Assembly (NCBI GenBank): GCA_013239625.1
Contig: MU054338.1
Span: forward strand, 1,676,001-1,740,000
Length of the DNA: 64,000 nt
Direction: 5' to 3'
Source of the DNA: Lama guanicoe
Taxonomy: Eukaryota
Below, piece after piece: positions 11,901 to 23,730 of this stretch. Within the stretch, counting starts at the first letter, position 1. Each line of letters starts with the position of its first letter. Below the pieces are notes generated by a model. That model was given only the letters and a program-made list of their open reading frames with translations, did no database searches and was not told where the DNA came from. Made by a program: the position numbers and the translations under genes.

Positions 11901-14089
11901 GAGAAGTTGCTGCAAATGCTCACGAGAGCTCGTGTCTGCCCTGGGTGTGTGTGCAGCCCGTGTGCAAACATGGCAACCCTGGTAGCTTCACAACATGGTG
12001 ACTGTCCCCAGATGGCATCTCCAACCCTCCACTGCCAGGAGGGGCTGAGCACTTCAGAGTCCTACGGGAAGGACGCGTGGACCAGGTCGGCCAACCTTTC
12101 CTGACAATTCCCAAGGACAGAGAGGAGGGCAGGCGGGCGGGCAGGGAGACCAGCACTGCTGCTCCCACCCCTGGCTCCCCGGGTGTTTACTGAGCTTGGA
12201 CAAGTCCACTCCAAGGGCCCAGCAGTTCCTGCCCCAAGAGCAGGAAAGCAAGGTCAGCTCAGGACACGGAAGCACTGCCCTGGCTGCTGTCCCTCCTGGT
12301 GGATGCGGGGCTGGGACCCGCAGAGGGGGACTCCTGCTGGTCACCTCCCAGGGGTGTGGGCTCTGGGTCAGGGGCATGTTCTGTCCCCACAGTTCGGTGG
12401 CTTCTTTCTCGCCCTCCATCGAGGCAAAGGGCCCCGGGATGGGGGGCAGGGGTCCAGGGACCACTACCACCACTGAAGGGCCTGGGGCCCCGCAGTCAGG
12501 CCCAGGTTTCCATGGAGACCAGAGACCCCGGATAACCTTCGCTGTCTTCAGGAAGGAGGAAGGCAGGGCCCAGGGAGGGGAAGAGTGCGGGGCTTGGGGT
12601 GGGAGGCACCTCCAATGACAGCGGGGTGATGGGATGCGCTTCCCGTGAGCGCCCCCTGTGCCGGCCACAGGGACACAGACCCAAGAGCTGGTGACCCCCT
12701 CTCCCCCTGGGGCAGCCCTAGGTGGCGGGGCAGGCATTACCCCAATTTTAGTGAAGGAAACAGGGTGGGAGAAGTTGCCTGCCTGACCGGGGGTCTTGGA
12801 GCTGGGAGGCACTGGGGCGAATGCTGCTTCCCAGCCTGGCTCCAGCACTGAGGAGACAGCCCTCTGCGCACCACTGCTGGGGGTGACTAGAGCACCCTCA
12901 CCTTCCCTGTGCCTCAGTTTCCTAATCTGGAAAACCAGGGAGGTCCACTGATTTTTACCATGGGTGGGGCTGGAACCCTCTATGGCTCCCTACTGCCCTC
13001 TGGGTAAAGCAGTCTCTGCCTGCGGGCTCCTTGCTCCCTCCCCTCACCTTGCACCCCTACCCTATGTCCGGGAACCACCTGGAGGGTCCCTTCCATCTCC
13101 AGTCAGCTCCAGGACATTGTCAACTTCGACTCAGATCCACTTCCTCCAGGAAGGCCTCCCTGAGGTCCCGGAGGAAGCACCTGCGGTTGCTCTTAGGCAG
13201 TGCTGCCACCACCAGCTCACTCAACCGGGTCTCAGCTGGGGTGATTCCATCCCCCAGGGGACGTCTGTGGTAGTCACGACTTGGGGGGGCTCCTAGCCTC
13301 GATGGGGTGGGGGCCAGGGATGCTGCCTGTGGTGGCCCCTGCAGAGAATGACCCAGTCCCACGCCTGCAGTGCCAAGGGGCCCAGCCGGCTCTGCCTCGT
13401 GTCACTGGGATGCAGAGAATGGCTGATGGTTTGCTGGGGGCATGTGCGGGTGTGGCCCCACCCGGAGTCCCGGAGGCGGCCTCTCTGCACGCCTACTCGG
13501 ACTGTGCCTGTCCTCGGCCCTGCACCCTGGCTCCAGCCAAGGATGCCGACAGCCTGCCTTCCTAGCTTTGCGAGTCCCGTGGGCAGAGGGTCCTGGCTCC
13601 GAGCTCACCTGCCGCTCGTCCAGGCAGAGGTCTGAATCAGCCAGGAGGTTAGTCAGGGAGCCAGGGGTGGCGTGTCTCATTCCAGAGGCTCGTGAGCTCG
13701 GATCTCGCTCTGGCCGCTGACTCAGCCGGGGAGCCCGCGGGTGATCATCACTCCTCTCCGGGAAGGGTGAGCACGTTCTCTACGGGCCCTGACGTGTCAC
13801 CCATCCTGGTCACAGGCTCACCTCTCCGCTCAGGAGGTCAGGTGAGGATTCATCCCGGAGCCTCATTCTTTCCTTCCTTCACTCACTCGCTAAACATCCG
13901 GCCGGTGGTGCTCCCTGACCTGAAAGAGCTTACGTTCGGCTTCGCTGACAGACGCAGCTAATTTGAATGTCACAGAACAGTTACCGTGTGGCTCTGGGCA
14001 GTAACTTGGCCTCTCTCTACTCTCATTTTCTCCTCTGTGAGACAAGGCTGCCATTTTAGAAAGACTGTGTGTGAAGACAACCTGGTAGG

Positions 14090-14950
14090 TGTATCAGTCA
14101 GCTCCTGCTGCATGACAAGTCACCACAAACTTCAGGTCTAAATGCCCTTTGTCATCTCCTGGTTTCTGTGTTGGGAAATGGGCTGTAGCTTAACTGGGTC
14201 CTTAGCTCGGGGTCTCATAAGCCTGAAATCAAGGGATTGGCTGGGCTGAGTTTTCATCTGGGAACTTGGGGTCCCCTTCCAGGCTTATCTGAGCAGTTGG
14301 CAGAGTCCACTTTCCCACGGCAGTGGGCCGGAGGCCCCATTTTCCTACTGGCTGTCGGAAGGGGGCTGCTCTCGGCTCCGGGGCTGCCTGGCCTCCTGCA
14401 CGGGCAGTTCACGATGCGGCTGTCTGCTTTCTTCACGGCCAGCAGGACAGGGCCTGCTGCTGCTGCTGCTCTCTCTTTATCGTGGTAAAAAGCATCCAGC
14501 TATCTTAACCACGTTTAAGTGCACAGCTCAGCGGCATGAAGCACATTCACATTGTTGTGTAACCATCCCCACCATCCATCTCTAGAACTTTCCCATCTTC
14601 CCAAACTGAAACTCTGTCCCTATTAAACACGGACTCTCCATCCCTGCCCCCAACCCCTGGTCCCCACTGTCACTTCTGTCTCTATGGATTTGATACCTCT
14701 AGATACGCTTCTGGTCTCCTTTAAGGGCTCATCTGATTAGGTCAGGCCCACCTTTCGATGAACTCAAGAGTCAACGGATCGGGGGTCTTTGTCACAGCAG
14801 GAAATTCCCTTTGGCCATTTCACATCAGCCTAACCACAGAGTGGCATTACCTCTGTTCTGGGTTCTGCCCACACTCAGGAGCAGGAATCAGACAGGGTGT
14901 GGACACCAGGAGGTGGGGGTCTAGGGTAACATCTTGGGATATGCCACCTC
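14090..14950 (-). mobile_element. MLT1-type LTR split by an L1MB fragment (~14480-14705)
   Basis: TGTATCAGTCAGCTCCTGCTGCATGACAAGTCACCACAAAC...; TTTAAGGGCTCATCTGATTAGGTCAGGCCCACC. Confidence 0.65.
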
Positions 14951-15499
14951 CCGCAGGAGGGGCACAGATGTAAAAGGCACTGCTATGTAAGGGCTACTGT
15001 CAGGGAGAAGCACAGGACAGCCCCCTGGGACACCCTCTCTGGGAGGCACAGAGAAGACAGCAGAGATCCTGGTTTCTCCCTGCCCCCCTCACTCCCCTCC
15101 ACACACACACACACACAAGCAGGAAGGGCTCTTTCCACTTTGCAGACGTGTGATGGTCTTGCACACCCAGGAGCCACATCTGCACGTGTGATAAATGGCA
15201 CGGAACGCTGTACATACACGGGCCCCGTGCCAACTTCCTAGTTTTGTCCTATATTCACGTGAGATGCCCCACTGGGAGGAGCTGGGAGAAGGGCACGTGA
15301 GATTGCTCTGTGTGGTTTTTGCAACTTCCTATGAATCTGTGATGATTTCAAATGAAAAGTTTTTGAAAGATCAGGTGAAGCCACGGGTATGTTTAGGTGT
15401 GACTTGGACAAAACGAACCACGTCTCATTCAAACACCACCTCTCCACCCCAACCCTGACACGCCCACAGCCCCTTCTCCCACTCTGTGGTCAGCAGGGT

Positions 15500-16075
15500 T
15501 CTAAATCCCCCAGAGACCTGCCCCCTGTAGACCAGCCCCCAAGTGTGTGCAGGACTGTGAACATGATAAGATAACATACCCTGATTAGGTGATTTTATAC
15601 AGAAAGGATTTGGAGGATATAATTAAAGTCTCAAGTTACCTGACTTTGAATTAATCAAAGGAGTCTTTGTCTGGGTGGGCCTGACCTAATCAGGTGAGTC
15701 TTTCAAAGGGCAAGGCCCTTCCTGCAGCGGGAGTCTGGTGGGAAGAGTGGGTCTATGAAGGAGACTATGTGGTCAGGCCAGGACCTGGGTGGCCTCCAAG
15801 AGCTCAGGGTCATCCTCAACTGGCAGCTAATAAGAATGGTAGCCTCTGTCAGATGGCAGAAAGGAACTGAATCCTGCTGACAGCCTGGGTGAATTTGGAA
15901 GTGGGTCCTTCTCCAGTTGAGGCTCAGGTGAGATGTCAGCCCTGGCCAACCCCAGGGAGACCCTGAGCAGAGCCCAGCCACGCTGCTTCCACACTTCTGC
16001 CCTGATAGGTGGGGTGAGTTGGGGGAAGCTGCTGAGTGTGTGGTGACTTGTTACGCAGCAAGAGCTAGCAAGTGC
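15500..16075 (+). mobile_element. MLT1-type LTR
   Basis: GACTTTGAATTAATCAAAGGAG..GGGTGGGCCTGACCTAATCAGGTGAG...TTGTTACGCAGCAA. Confidence 0.7.
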
Positions 16076-19000
16076 ACTCCTCCTGCTATGGCAGAGCAGA
16101 GCACCCAGGGTTTTACAACCACTATCGCGTTTAGTCACACACAGGGGTTACTCCTATGGCTCAGGAAATTCCAAAGGTTTTGGGAGCTGGGAGCCAGGAA
16201 CTGTAGCTGAAGACCAAAATATGTATTGATTTAAAATCCCAGGATCACACCTCCCAAAGGCTCCATCTCCAATTACCACCAAGCTGGGGGGTGGGTTTTA
16301 ACACCTGAATGGGGGGGACACCAATGGCAATTAGAGACAAGCTCCCAACACCCCAGTTCCCCATGCCCTTGCATTTGGGGCACCTGCTCAGGCCCCCTCC
16401 CCACCCTCAGCCCCTTCAGCACCTCCCCCTGCCCCCAACCCCTGAGTGCACCCCACCTGGGCCTTCTCAGGCTATGCCTTAACCCTCTGTTACATGTACT
16501 CGCCGTGGGCATGGTCCCGGGAGCTTCTGTGCACAGACATGTGTGTTTTAGTCTGATGGGGCTGGGCCCATGGGCATCTGCTCACCCAAAGAATGAAGCA
16601 GGAGGGGAGGGAACAAGGAGGCAAGAGCCACATTTCCAGTGCCCTCTGGCTCAGGTGGAGTCAGGCCAGCACTCTGCAGGACTGAGAATGGGCCCTGGGA
16701 TGTGGGGGACCCCTTCTGCCCACCCCAAATGGGCCCCTCTTTGGCTTCCACGTGGCTCCCCATCTCCCCCTGCCCCCCACCTTCCTGTCACGTGTGACTA
16801 TTACCTTCTGTGTGTTCTGAGTCAAAAGAGGCCTTGAATCTGTGACTCCACTGGTGACCACATGGGCGCATCACCCCTGCCCCGAGGGGGCTGACTACTC
16901 ATGCGATTGCCTAGTGACACATGTGTGCCTGGGGACACTGCGGTCTCAGTGCCTTGGTCGCTGTGTCAGTTCTTACTGGCCCACAGGTGGGAGCCCTGCC
17001 TCGAGATACCGGACGTGAGCCACTCTGGTCCTCGGTGTTCAAACTGGTAAAATCAGGGGCAGCACTAACCAGCCCACGAGCGGATTCCCTGAGAGAATCT
17101 GCGGTGTGCCTTAGCCCACAGGGTCCGGAAGAGCGGGGCTTGAGCAGGAACCATGGTGATAACACATAATGAAGAAGGTGATCTTGACTCACCCTGGGAC
17201 CAACAATCTTGGGGCGCAGGGACCCTCCCCCTCGGCACTGCTGACACAGGGCCTGGACACTCTCTGTGGGGCGTCCTGGGTTCTGGGGGTTGTGGACCAG
17301 ACTCCCTGGCCCCACCCACTCAAAGTCCCAGTCATGATGACCACAGGTGTCCCCAGATGTCACCCAGGGTCCCCTGGGGCAGGGTCACCATGGTGAGACC
17401 CTGCTGCGTGGGGTCAGGCTCGTGTCCTGGGAAGCACCCCGTGGGCTGCTCTGCACAAGGGGAGCCTCTGGCTGCAGGGAGAGGGTTCTGGGCTTGCGGG
17501 CTGCAGCGGCTCCCCCCCGCGGCCGGGTTCAGCTGGGCACCCCGTAATTACGTAGGTACTGTGTACGTTTTCTGTTGGGAGGGTGGCGGCAGCAGCCGTG
17601 ACCTTCTGGGAGCAGGCAGTTTTAAGGTTCTGACCGCCTGTCTTGGCAGGTCTCTCGGGAGAACAGCTTGTCCGCGGAGAGGACCGATAACAGCGCGCAT
17701 TCAACACGCCTGCCCAGGACAGAGCCGGGCAGGGACCGACGGATGGGGACGGGGCGGGGCGGGGAGAAACATGCTCAGACTCGCACCCTGGGGTTGGAGT
17801 TTGCTGCCCCACAAGGGCCGCTCTCTCAAGATAAAAGTCCCGGGAGTGCTTTTGGCAGAACTGTTCACAAACTCCCGGGAGAACGAGGGTTATCAGAAAA
17901 ACACTCTGCACTTGGAGGGCATGAAGTTCTGTTCGTTCCCGTGCAGGGAGCAGGAAGGCTGGAGGCAGGCTTGAGAAACCCTTTGCCACCTAGAAGCACT
18001 GATTCACCCCAGTACATCCCCGGTGTGCTCGTCTCCCCGCTGCCCGCCCTCCCATGCCTGTGGGCCTGGGGCTTGTGGCTTCCACACTAGAGGGCCGGGC
18101 TCCAGACCCGGGGTTCACCTCAAAGGATAATGGCACCTTCTGGAGGGAGGCCGGCCCCCAACCCCGGGATGTCTGAGAGCCACTCCACGAGGCAGGAGTC
18201 AACTGGCTGTGGTCCCGGCCCCTCGGAGCTTCAAAGCCAGTAAGAAGCGCCACCCGGGGTGCGGGGACCTAACCCATCTAAAGACAGGACATGGGAGGCG
18301 CCAGGAGGGCAGGGTTTCAGCGGGGGGACCCTGCCCCCACGGGACACCGGGTGGTGCCTGGGGGACATCTGTGGCTGCCGCGACTGGGGGCCCCCGGCCT
18401 CGAGTTGGGGGAGGGGGCAGGGAAGCTGCTCCATACCCCCCAGAGCCCAGGATGGCCCCCAACAGAGGACGACCTGGACCTGGGTCAGCCGTGCCCGGGG
18501 GCACAGACCCTGGATGGTTCCCGATTCTCGCCGGAACGTCAGCCCTGTGAGAGCCGGTATTCCACCCACCCTGTGCCCTGTTGTCCCCCAGGGCCTGGCC
18601 CAGCCAGACGCTCTGGAGTCCTGGCTGAGGGAACGAAGGAGTCTTCGGGAGGGCCCCCAAGGCCTGGCCAGTCCAGGCAGGAACTATCCCTGTGCTGCAC
18701 TGGAAGGCGACAGAAGCAAGACCCAGTCCTCTGGCAGCAGAGCAGCAGCTAGGCCGCCCACCCTCATCCTGTGGCCTTTGCTCCCGGGTCCAGGCTCTGC
18801 TTCAGCCCCTGGGGTGCACCCGGGCCGGGGTGGATCTGTGGGTGCAGGTGCGCAGGGCCTCCAAGGTCACAGAGCTGTGTTCTCTGCCTCCCTCTTACAC
18901 CCAACGGACCCACAGAAGCTCTGGGTCTGTGAGGTAAGGGCCCCCAGAACAGGGTGACCGTGGATCTCTGGGTGCTGGACCAGAATGTCCCAGAGAACGT

Positions 19001-19141
19001 GAACAGGAAGTCACAGGACTCTGAGAGGGGCGAGGGGTTGACTGAAGACACCTGGATGCCCAGTGGCACCCCCTGTACCAACCTGCACCTCCATCCCCGC
19101 CTGGCTCAAAACCCAGCCCCGCCAGAGACAGCAAGGACCTT

Positions 19142-19160
19142 CTCCGCCCCCTAGTGGCCA
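19142..19160 (-). promoter_or_regulatory. CTCF-like motif
   Basis: Reverse complement TGGCCACTAGGGGGCGGAG versus canonical TGGCCACCAGGGGGCGCTA. Confidence 0.45.
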
Positions 19161-21851
19161 CCAGCAGGAACCGCAGCACTCTTGGGACCGTCCCCGGCCC
19201 GAAACCCCAGGCAGGAGCAAACGCCCCAAACTCCGGGTCCTCATTGAGCCCTGGTGTCTGCGGAAATTCAGTGCAGCTGGACCCAGGGGTGCTGGGGCCA
19301 GGATGGGCGGTGGTGGCCTTTGCTCGGTGACATCCTGGCTCCCCTGGAGGGGTAGCCACCCTGCAATGGGAGATCCAGGCTGCCCGGCCCTGCCCGGGTG
19401 CTGGGGAACCGGCCATGAGGGCGCCTGCGGACATCCAGCACTGCGCCTGGCAAACAGGACAGGCTGAAGAGTGACTATGAAACTAAAAAGGTCTCAGGGA
19501 AAGTCCAGACTCCCCGCTTCGAGGAGTGCGTCAAGGGGAACAGAGGACCCCCGCAAGGCGGCCGTGGGCACTAGCTCAGCAGAAAATTCTGTCTCCTTCC
19601 AACACACCTGTCCACTGGGCACTGCTGACATCGGGGCCGCTCGTCCTCTGTGCGGGGGTCCTCAGCGCTGCGGGGTCTGCAGCAGCAACCCTGGCCCCAC
19701 CCTCTCAATGCCAGGAGCCACCCCGCCAAGTTGTGACAACCACAGATGTCCCCAGACGTGTCCCAGTGGCTCCTGGGACCCCAGATGAGACCTAGGAGCA
19801 CAGCTGAATTTCAAAGGGCGCGAGGATTTAAGTTGAAAACATGCGATCCAAACAAAACTTTGAAACCCCGACATTCGGAAGCTGGCCTCGCAGAGCAGAG
19901 CGAGCACGGCCGTGCGCGGAGTGCTGCAGGTCCCCCGCAGCGACCCCGCGGGAGCCGAGGGCAACGACCACCGGGAGAAGCGTCCGCAGCGAAGGCGGCG
20001 GACAGCAGGCGGCGTCCGGAGACGCCGGGAGCGGTCAGACAAGTCACCCAGATAGACACTCCAACAGAAAGGTCAGGACGCGGCCGGGCCCTTGGCGGAA
20101 GCAAAGCCTGAGAGGAAGGGACCAGGGAGACGCGGACAGGGCAGTGACTTCACACTGGGCTTGGGGGGGCCGGGGGGCAGGCCCCGGGGTGGGCGACGTT
20201 GCCTTTCTGGAGGTCTTTGCGGCTGAAGGTCAGAACATAAGTGAGATGGCCCAGGCCTGAATTCTCAGACCAGGGAAGCCTACTTATGGGAATTTATCCC
20301 CAACGAGGACCAGCCCAGGACATACAGAGTCCCCACAAGGACATTCATCCCAGAGAGCCACCAAATTTAAAAAGAGAGCAAGAGACAAAGAAAAGAAAAG
20401 AAAAACAGAAAAAAAGCGAACACCCCCCCAAAAAGCCCACCAACAGACCACCTAAGTCAATTATAAAATTATTTTAAAACAAATAAATTATAATCCGCCC
20501 ATAACTCAGAGTGCTAAGCCAGTGCTAAGTGCGTGCTGTGAATCTGTTTCAGACCCTGGGGGAGCACAAACAGGCCAGCTGGAGGCCAGGGCACTGAGCA
20601 TGGGCCCTGCGCACAGCACCATGCGCCCAAGCCCTGTCCTCTCCAGCCCGACCCCGTAGCAAGAGCATGAGACAACCCTTTAAACCATTGTACAGTTAGG
20701 CAGTTGCAGACACCCCTGCAAATGTCAGAGGGTCCTGCTCGGTTACGCGACCCCCCCCCACAGTTCTAGACTCTTCCCTTCTCCCCGTAAGACACCTGGT
20801 CTCGCAGCACAGCGCGTCTTAATTCCCACCCCAGTCCCTGGCAGCCCGGCGGCCTTTCTGTGCCTACAGACTTGCTTCTCCTGGACATTTCATCTAAGTG
20901 GAATCATACGAAGTGTCGTCCCGGGGCTCTGCACTCTTGTCTAACAATTTTCCTTTACACACACAGCACACACACCGGGTGAGAATGCACCTTATAAAGA
21001 CATCAGGTCTCCCTCAAGTTTGTTGATACACTGAACACAGCCCGAATCAAAGATCCATCCAAATTGTTATTAGAAACTGCACGTTTACTCTCAAGACCCC
21101 GTGAAAGAGGAGACTCCCGGGGAGCAGCAGAGACATTTGTGACAAAACAGAGGCGCACGGGAGGCACGGGCCCAGGGCCGTGGGCAGCCTCGATTTTTCC
21201 CATTTCCTCTTCATACATCACAAAAGCCACCTCGAGCCCTCTGAGGAATAGGACCCAAGACAGACAGGTAGGAGTGAGAGACCAGGACCTGAGCTTCAGT
21301 TTTCCTCAAATGTAATCCTCCTGAGGCCTCGCAATGGTGCCAACCTGCCATCGCGCCAGGGCGGGCAACAAGGTCCAGGTATTTGTCACGCACGGGGACC
21401 CACTCTGCTCTGGATGACAGCCATTGACAGTTGTCATCTCCATGCAGATGACGGCTGGGGTGAAGCACCAGAGCACCCCATCAAGCCCCTCGAGGAGGAG
21501 GCTGAGAGTGGGAAGCAGGTGGCACCATCAGGCTCGCCACCCCGCACCCGTCCTGGGGGCTCAGGACCAGCCCCCCAGCCCCACGCCCCCCTGCTTCACA
21601 GCGATCAACCAGTCAGGAGCTGAGGGCACAAGGTGCTCCCTGTGGCTCCCGTGCGCCTTTGGTGGATAAGGCCAAGCCTCAGAAACAAGCGAGCAAGGCC
21701 GGGAGTGGGGGACACAGGCGTGCACGGCAAGGATACCCGCCTGGGCGGCAAGCCAACCTCTTCATTCTCATCTTGGCTCCCAACAGCCAACCAAACACCC
21801 GCGTGAACTCCAAATCGAATATGGAAAAAAGAAAAAGCCCAGGACACTGAC

Positions 21852-21908
21852 CTGTGCTCGAGGCCTGCTGTCCGCAGCGCTGCCGTCCAGGAACCCAACG
21901 TCCACTCC
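21852..21908 (-). other. GNG7: 57-nt non-coding second exon (5' UTR)
   Basis: Minus strand: branch-point ACTAAC (21929-21934), then TGTTTCTTCCAG|GGAGTGGACG...CGAGCACAG|GTCAGT. Size and position after a very long first intron match my recollection of the GNG7 5' UTR exon structure; not verified by alignment. Confidence 0.68.
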
Positions 21909-22214
21909 CTGGAAGAAACACGCATCATGTTAGTTGAGCACGATTTGGCCTGAAAATGCCAGTGGGTGTTCAGTGGTGTCAGCACAGAAGAGGTGGGGGC
22001 TCACAATTAGATGTAAAAACTCTGGGAGTCCTGCCTTTGGGTTTCTCTGCCCCACTGTGGGGACAGCACAGATAGGATGCTTTGAGATGCAGGGGAGTCA
22101 GACTGATCCCGGCAGTTTGCCAGAAAGCCTTCTCAGCACGCTGTTACCCCCGGGGAGTTTTCCACGTGTTCCAACACTACGGTGGAGAAAAGGATGCCAT
22201 GTTCACATGACCTC

Positions 22215-22350
22215 TTTCTTTCTTTCTTTTCTTCCTTCCTCCCTCCCTCCTTCTCTCTCTCTTTCTTTCTTTCAACTGGAGGGACTGGGGAATGAACCCA
22301 GGACCTCATGCATGCTAAGCATGTGCTCTACCACAGAGCTACACCTCCCC
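22215..22350 (-). mobile_element. tRNA-Ala-derived camelid SINE with pyrimidine-rich tail
   Basis: GAACCCAGGACCTCATGCATGCTAAGCATGTGCTCTACCACAGAGCTACACCTCCC. Confidence 0.85.
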
Positions 22351-22509
22351 TGCCTCACGTGAACTTTTATAGTTTATGCAAGACATTCACCAGCATCATT
22401 TGAACCTCACAGTTTCCTGGAAGGAAGAGGAGGGGGCTGAGTCAACCCCTTGTACTGTGAGTCCCAGGGTGCCCAGCCCACCCGGGTTTGCCTAAGGCAT
22501 GCGGCCGAC

Positions 22510-22770
22510 TAAACACAGGTGGGATTTTGGATGGGATCCTGGGGCAGAAAAGGACACTAGGGAAAACTAGCAAAATCTGAATAAAGAGGGGACTGAGGTC
22601 ACAGACCTGCACCCACGTCCACCTCTCGGTTGTCATAAATGCACTGTGCGTACGAGAGACAAGACCATTGGGAGAAATTGGGGGATGGGTAGGCAGAGAT
22701 GGGAACTCTCTTCGAAATGCTTCTAAACATCTAAAATCATTCCAAAATTAAACATTTACTTTAAAAAATA
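22510..22770 (+). mobile_element. L1MC-type LINE 3' end (related copies at ~15160-15370, ~36780-37060, ~41560-41810, ~8000-8240)
   Basis: GATGGGATCCTGGGGCAGAAAAGGACACTAGGGAAAACTAG...ATCTAAAATCATTCCAAAATTAAA. Confidence 0.65.
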
Positions 22771-22855
22771 ACTCAGTTAAATTTGTTAAATGCTGGTTCC
22801 CTTTCTCTGGGAAAACTAGTTCAGGCTAATGATGGAGAACTGACATCCCCACAAT

Positions 22856-22876
22856 CACCTGCAGGTGGCGCTGCTG
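22856..22876 (+). promoter_or_regulatory. CTCF-like motif
   Basis: CACCTGCAGGTGGCGCTGCT resembles the CTCF core; ~1 kb from the 57-nt exon. Confidence 0.35.
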
Positions 22877-23269
22877 CCCCAGGAACACCCTCTGAGCTCC
22901 GGGAGCTGCTAGACTCCGACCCACCGGTCTCTGTAAGCCCGCGGGCCACCTAGGATTGGAGCTGCTCAAGCCGCTGAGGCTAGAGGGGCGCCCTGGACGG
23001 TGCGGGGAGCCAGACAGCAGTGGACAAGCAGGGAAGAGAGACGAAAGGGCCGGAGCAACGTGCCCACAGACCTGGAGGCCAAGACTTGCCTCAGTCTTGC
23101 AAGGACCATCTACACGTACAGTCCTTCAGCTGTTTATTTTTGAAGAAGTTGCAAAACTAGTGCCGAGGGGTCCAGGCACCCTTCACCTGGTTCCCCAATG
23201 GCAGCTCCTTACACGACTGGGGGACATTATCAAAACTTGGAAATGGTGACCGATAATCTAAACATAAAA

Positions 23270-23730
23270 TTTTCAGACAGTATTACTGAGACATAATTCT
23301 CATGCCACACAATTAGCCTATTCGAAGTGCACAGTTCAGTGGAGTTTTTTGTGCGTGCTTTCCCAAAGTTGTGTGACCATCACCACAAGCAATTTTTGAA
23401 TATTTCATCACTGCAAATATTTCATCCCCAGCAGCAGCGCCCCCCACCCTGGCCCCTGACAACCCTCTCCCTGGGTCTGCGGACTGGCCTGTTCTGGATA
23501 TTTCACGTCCATGGACTCACACACTGTGTGTCCTTCTGTGTCTGCTTCTCTGAGTATCGTGCTCTCAGGGTCCAGCCCCGTGGGGACGGGTGTCAGGGCT
23601 GCTCTCCTGGTCACGGCTGAGTGGTGTTCCCTTGTGTGGAGGGACACATGCGTTTCTCTGTTTATTACTGATGGGCATTTGGGCTGTTCCCATTTCTGGC
23701 TACTGTGAATCATGCTGCTGTGAACGTGGG
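23270..23730 (-). mobile_element. L1MB-type LINE 3' end with GC-shifted core
   Basis: Shares GGGTGTCAGGGCTGCTCTCCTGGTCACGGCTGAGTG with the copies at ~4.1 kb and ~47 kb. Confidence 0.8.

Noticed and set aside
17153..17974. 273-aa plus-strand ORF, and similar long ORFs at 12054-12848, 18259-18957, 31-813 and 61290-62018
   Set aside because: Low-complexity P/G/R/A-rich translations with no recognisable domain. They run through MER20, minisatellite or CpG-island sequence and are expected by chance at this GC content.
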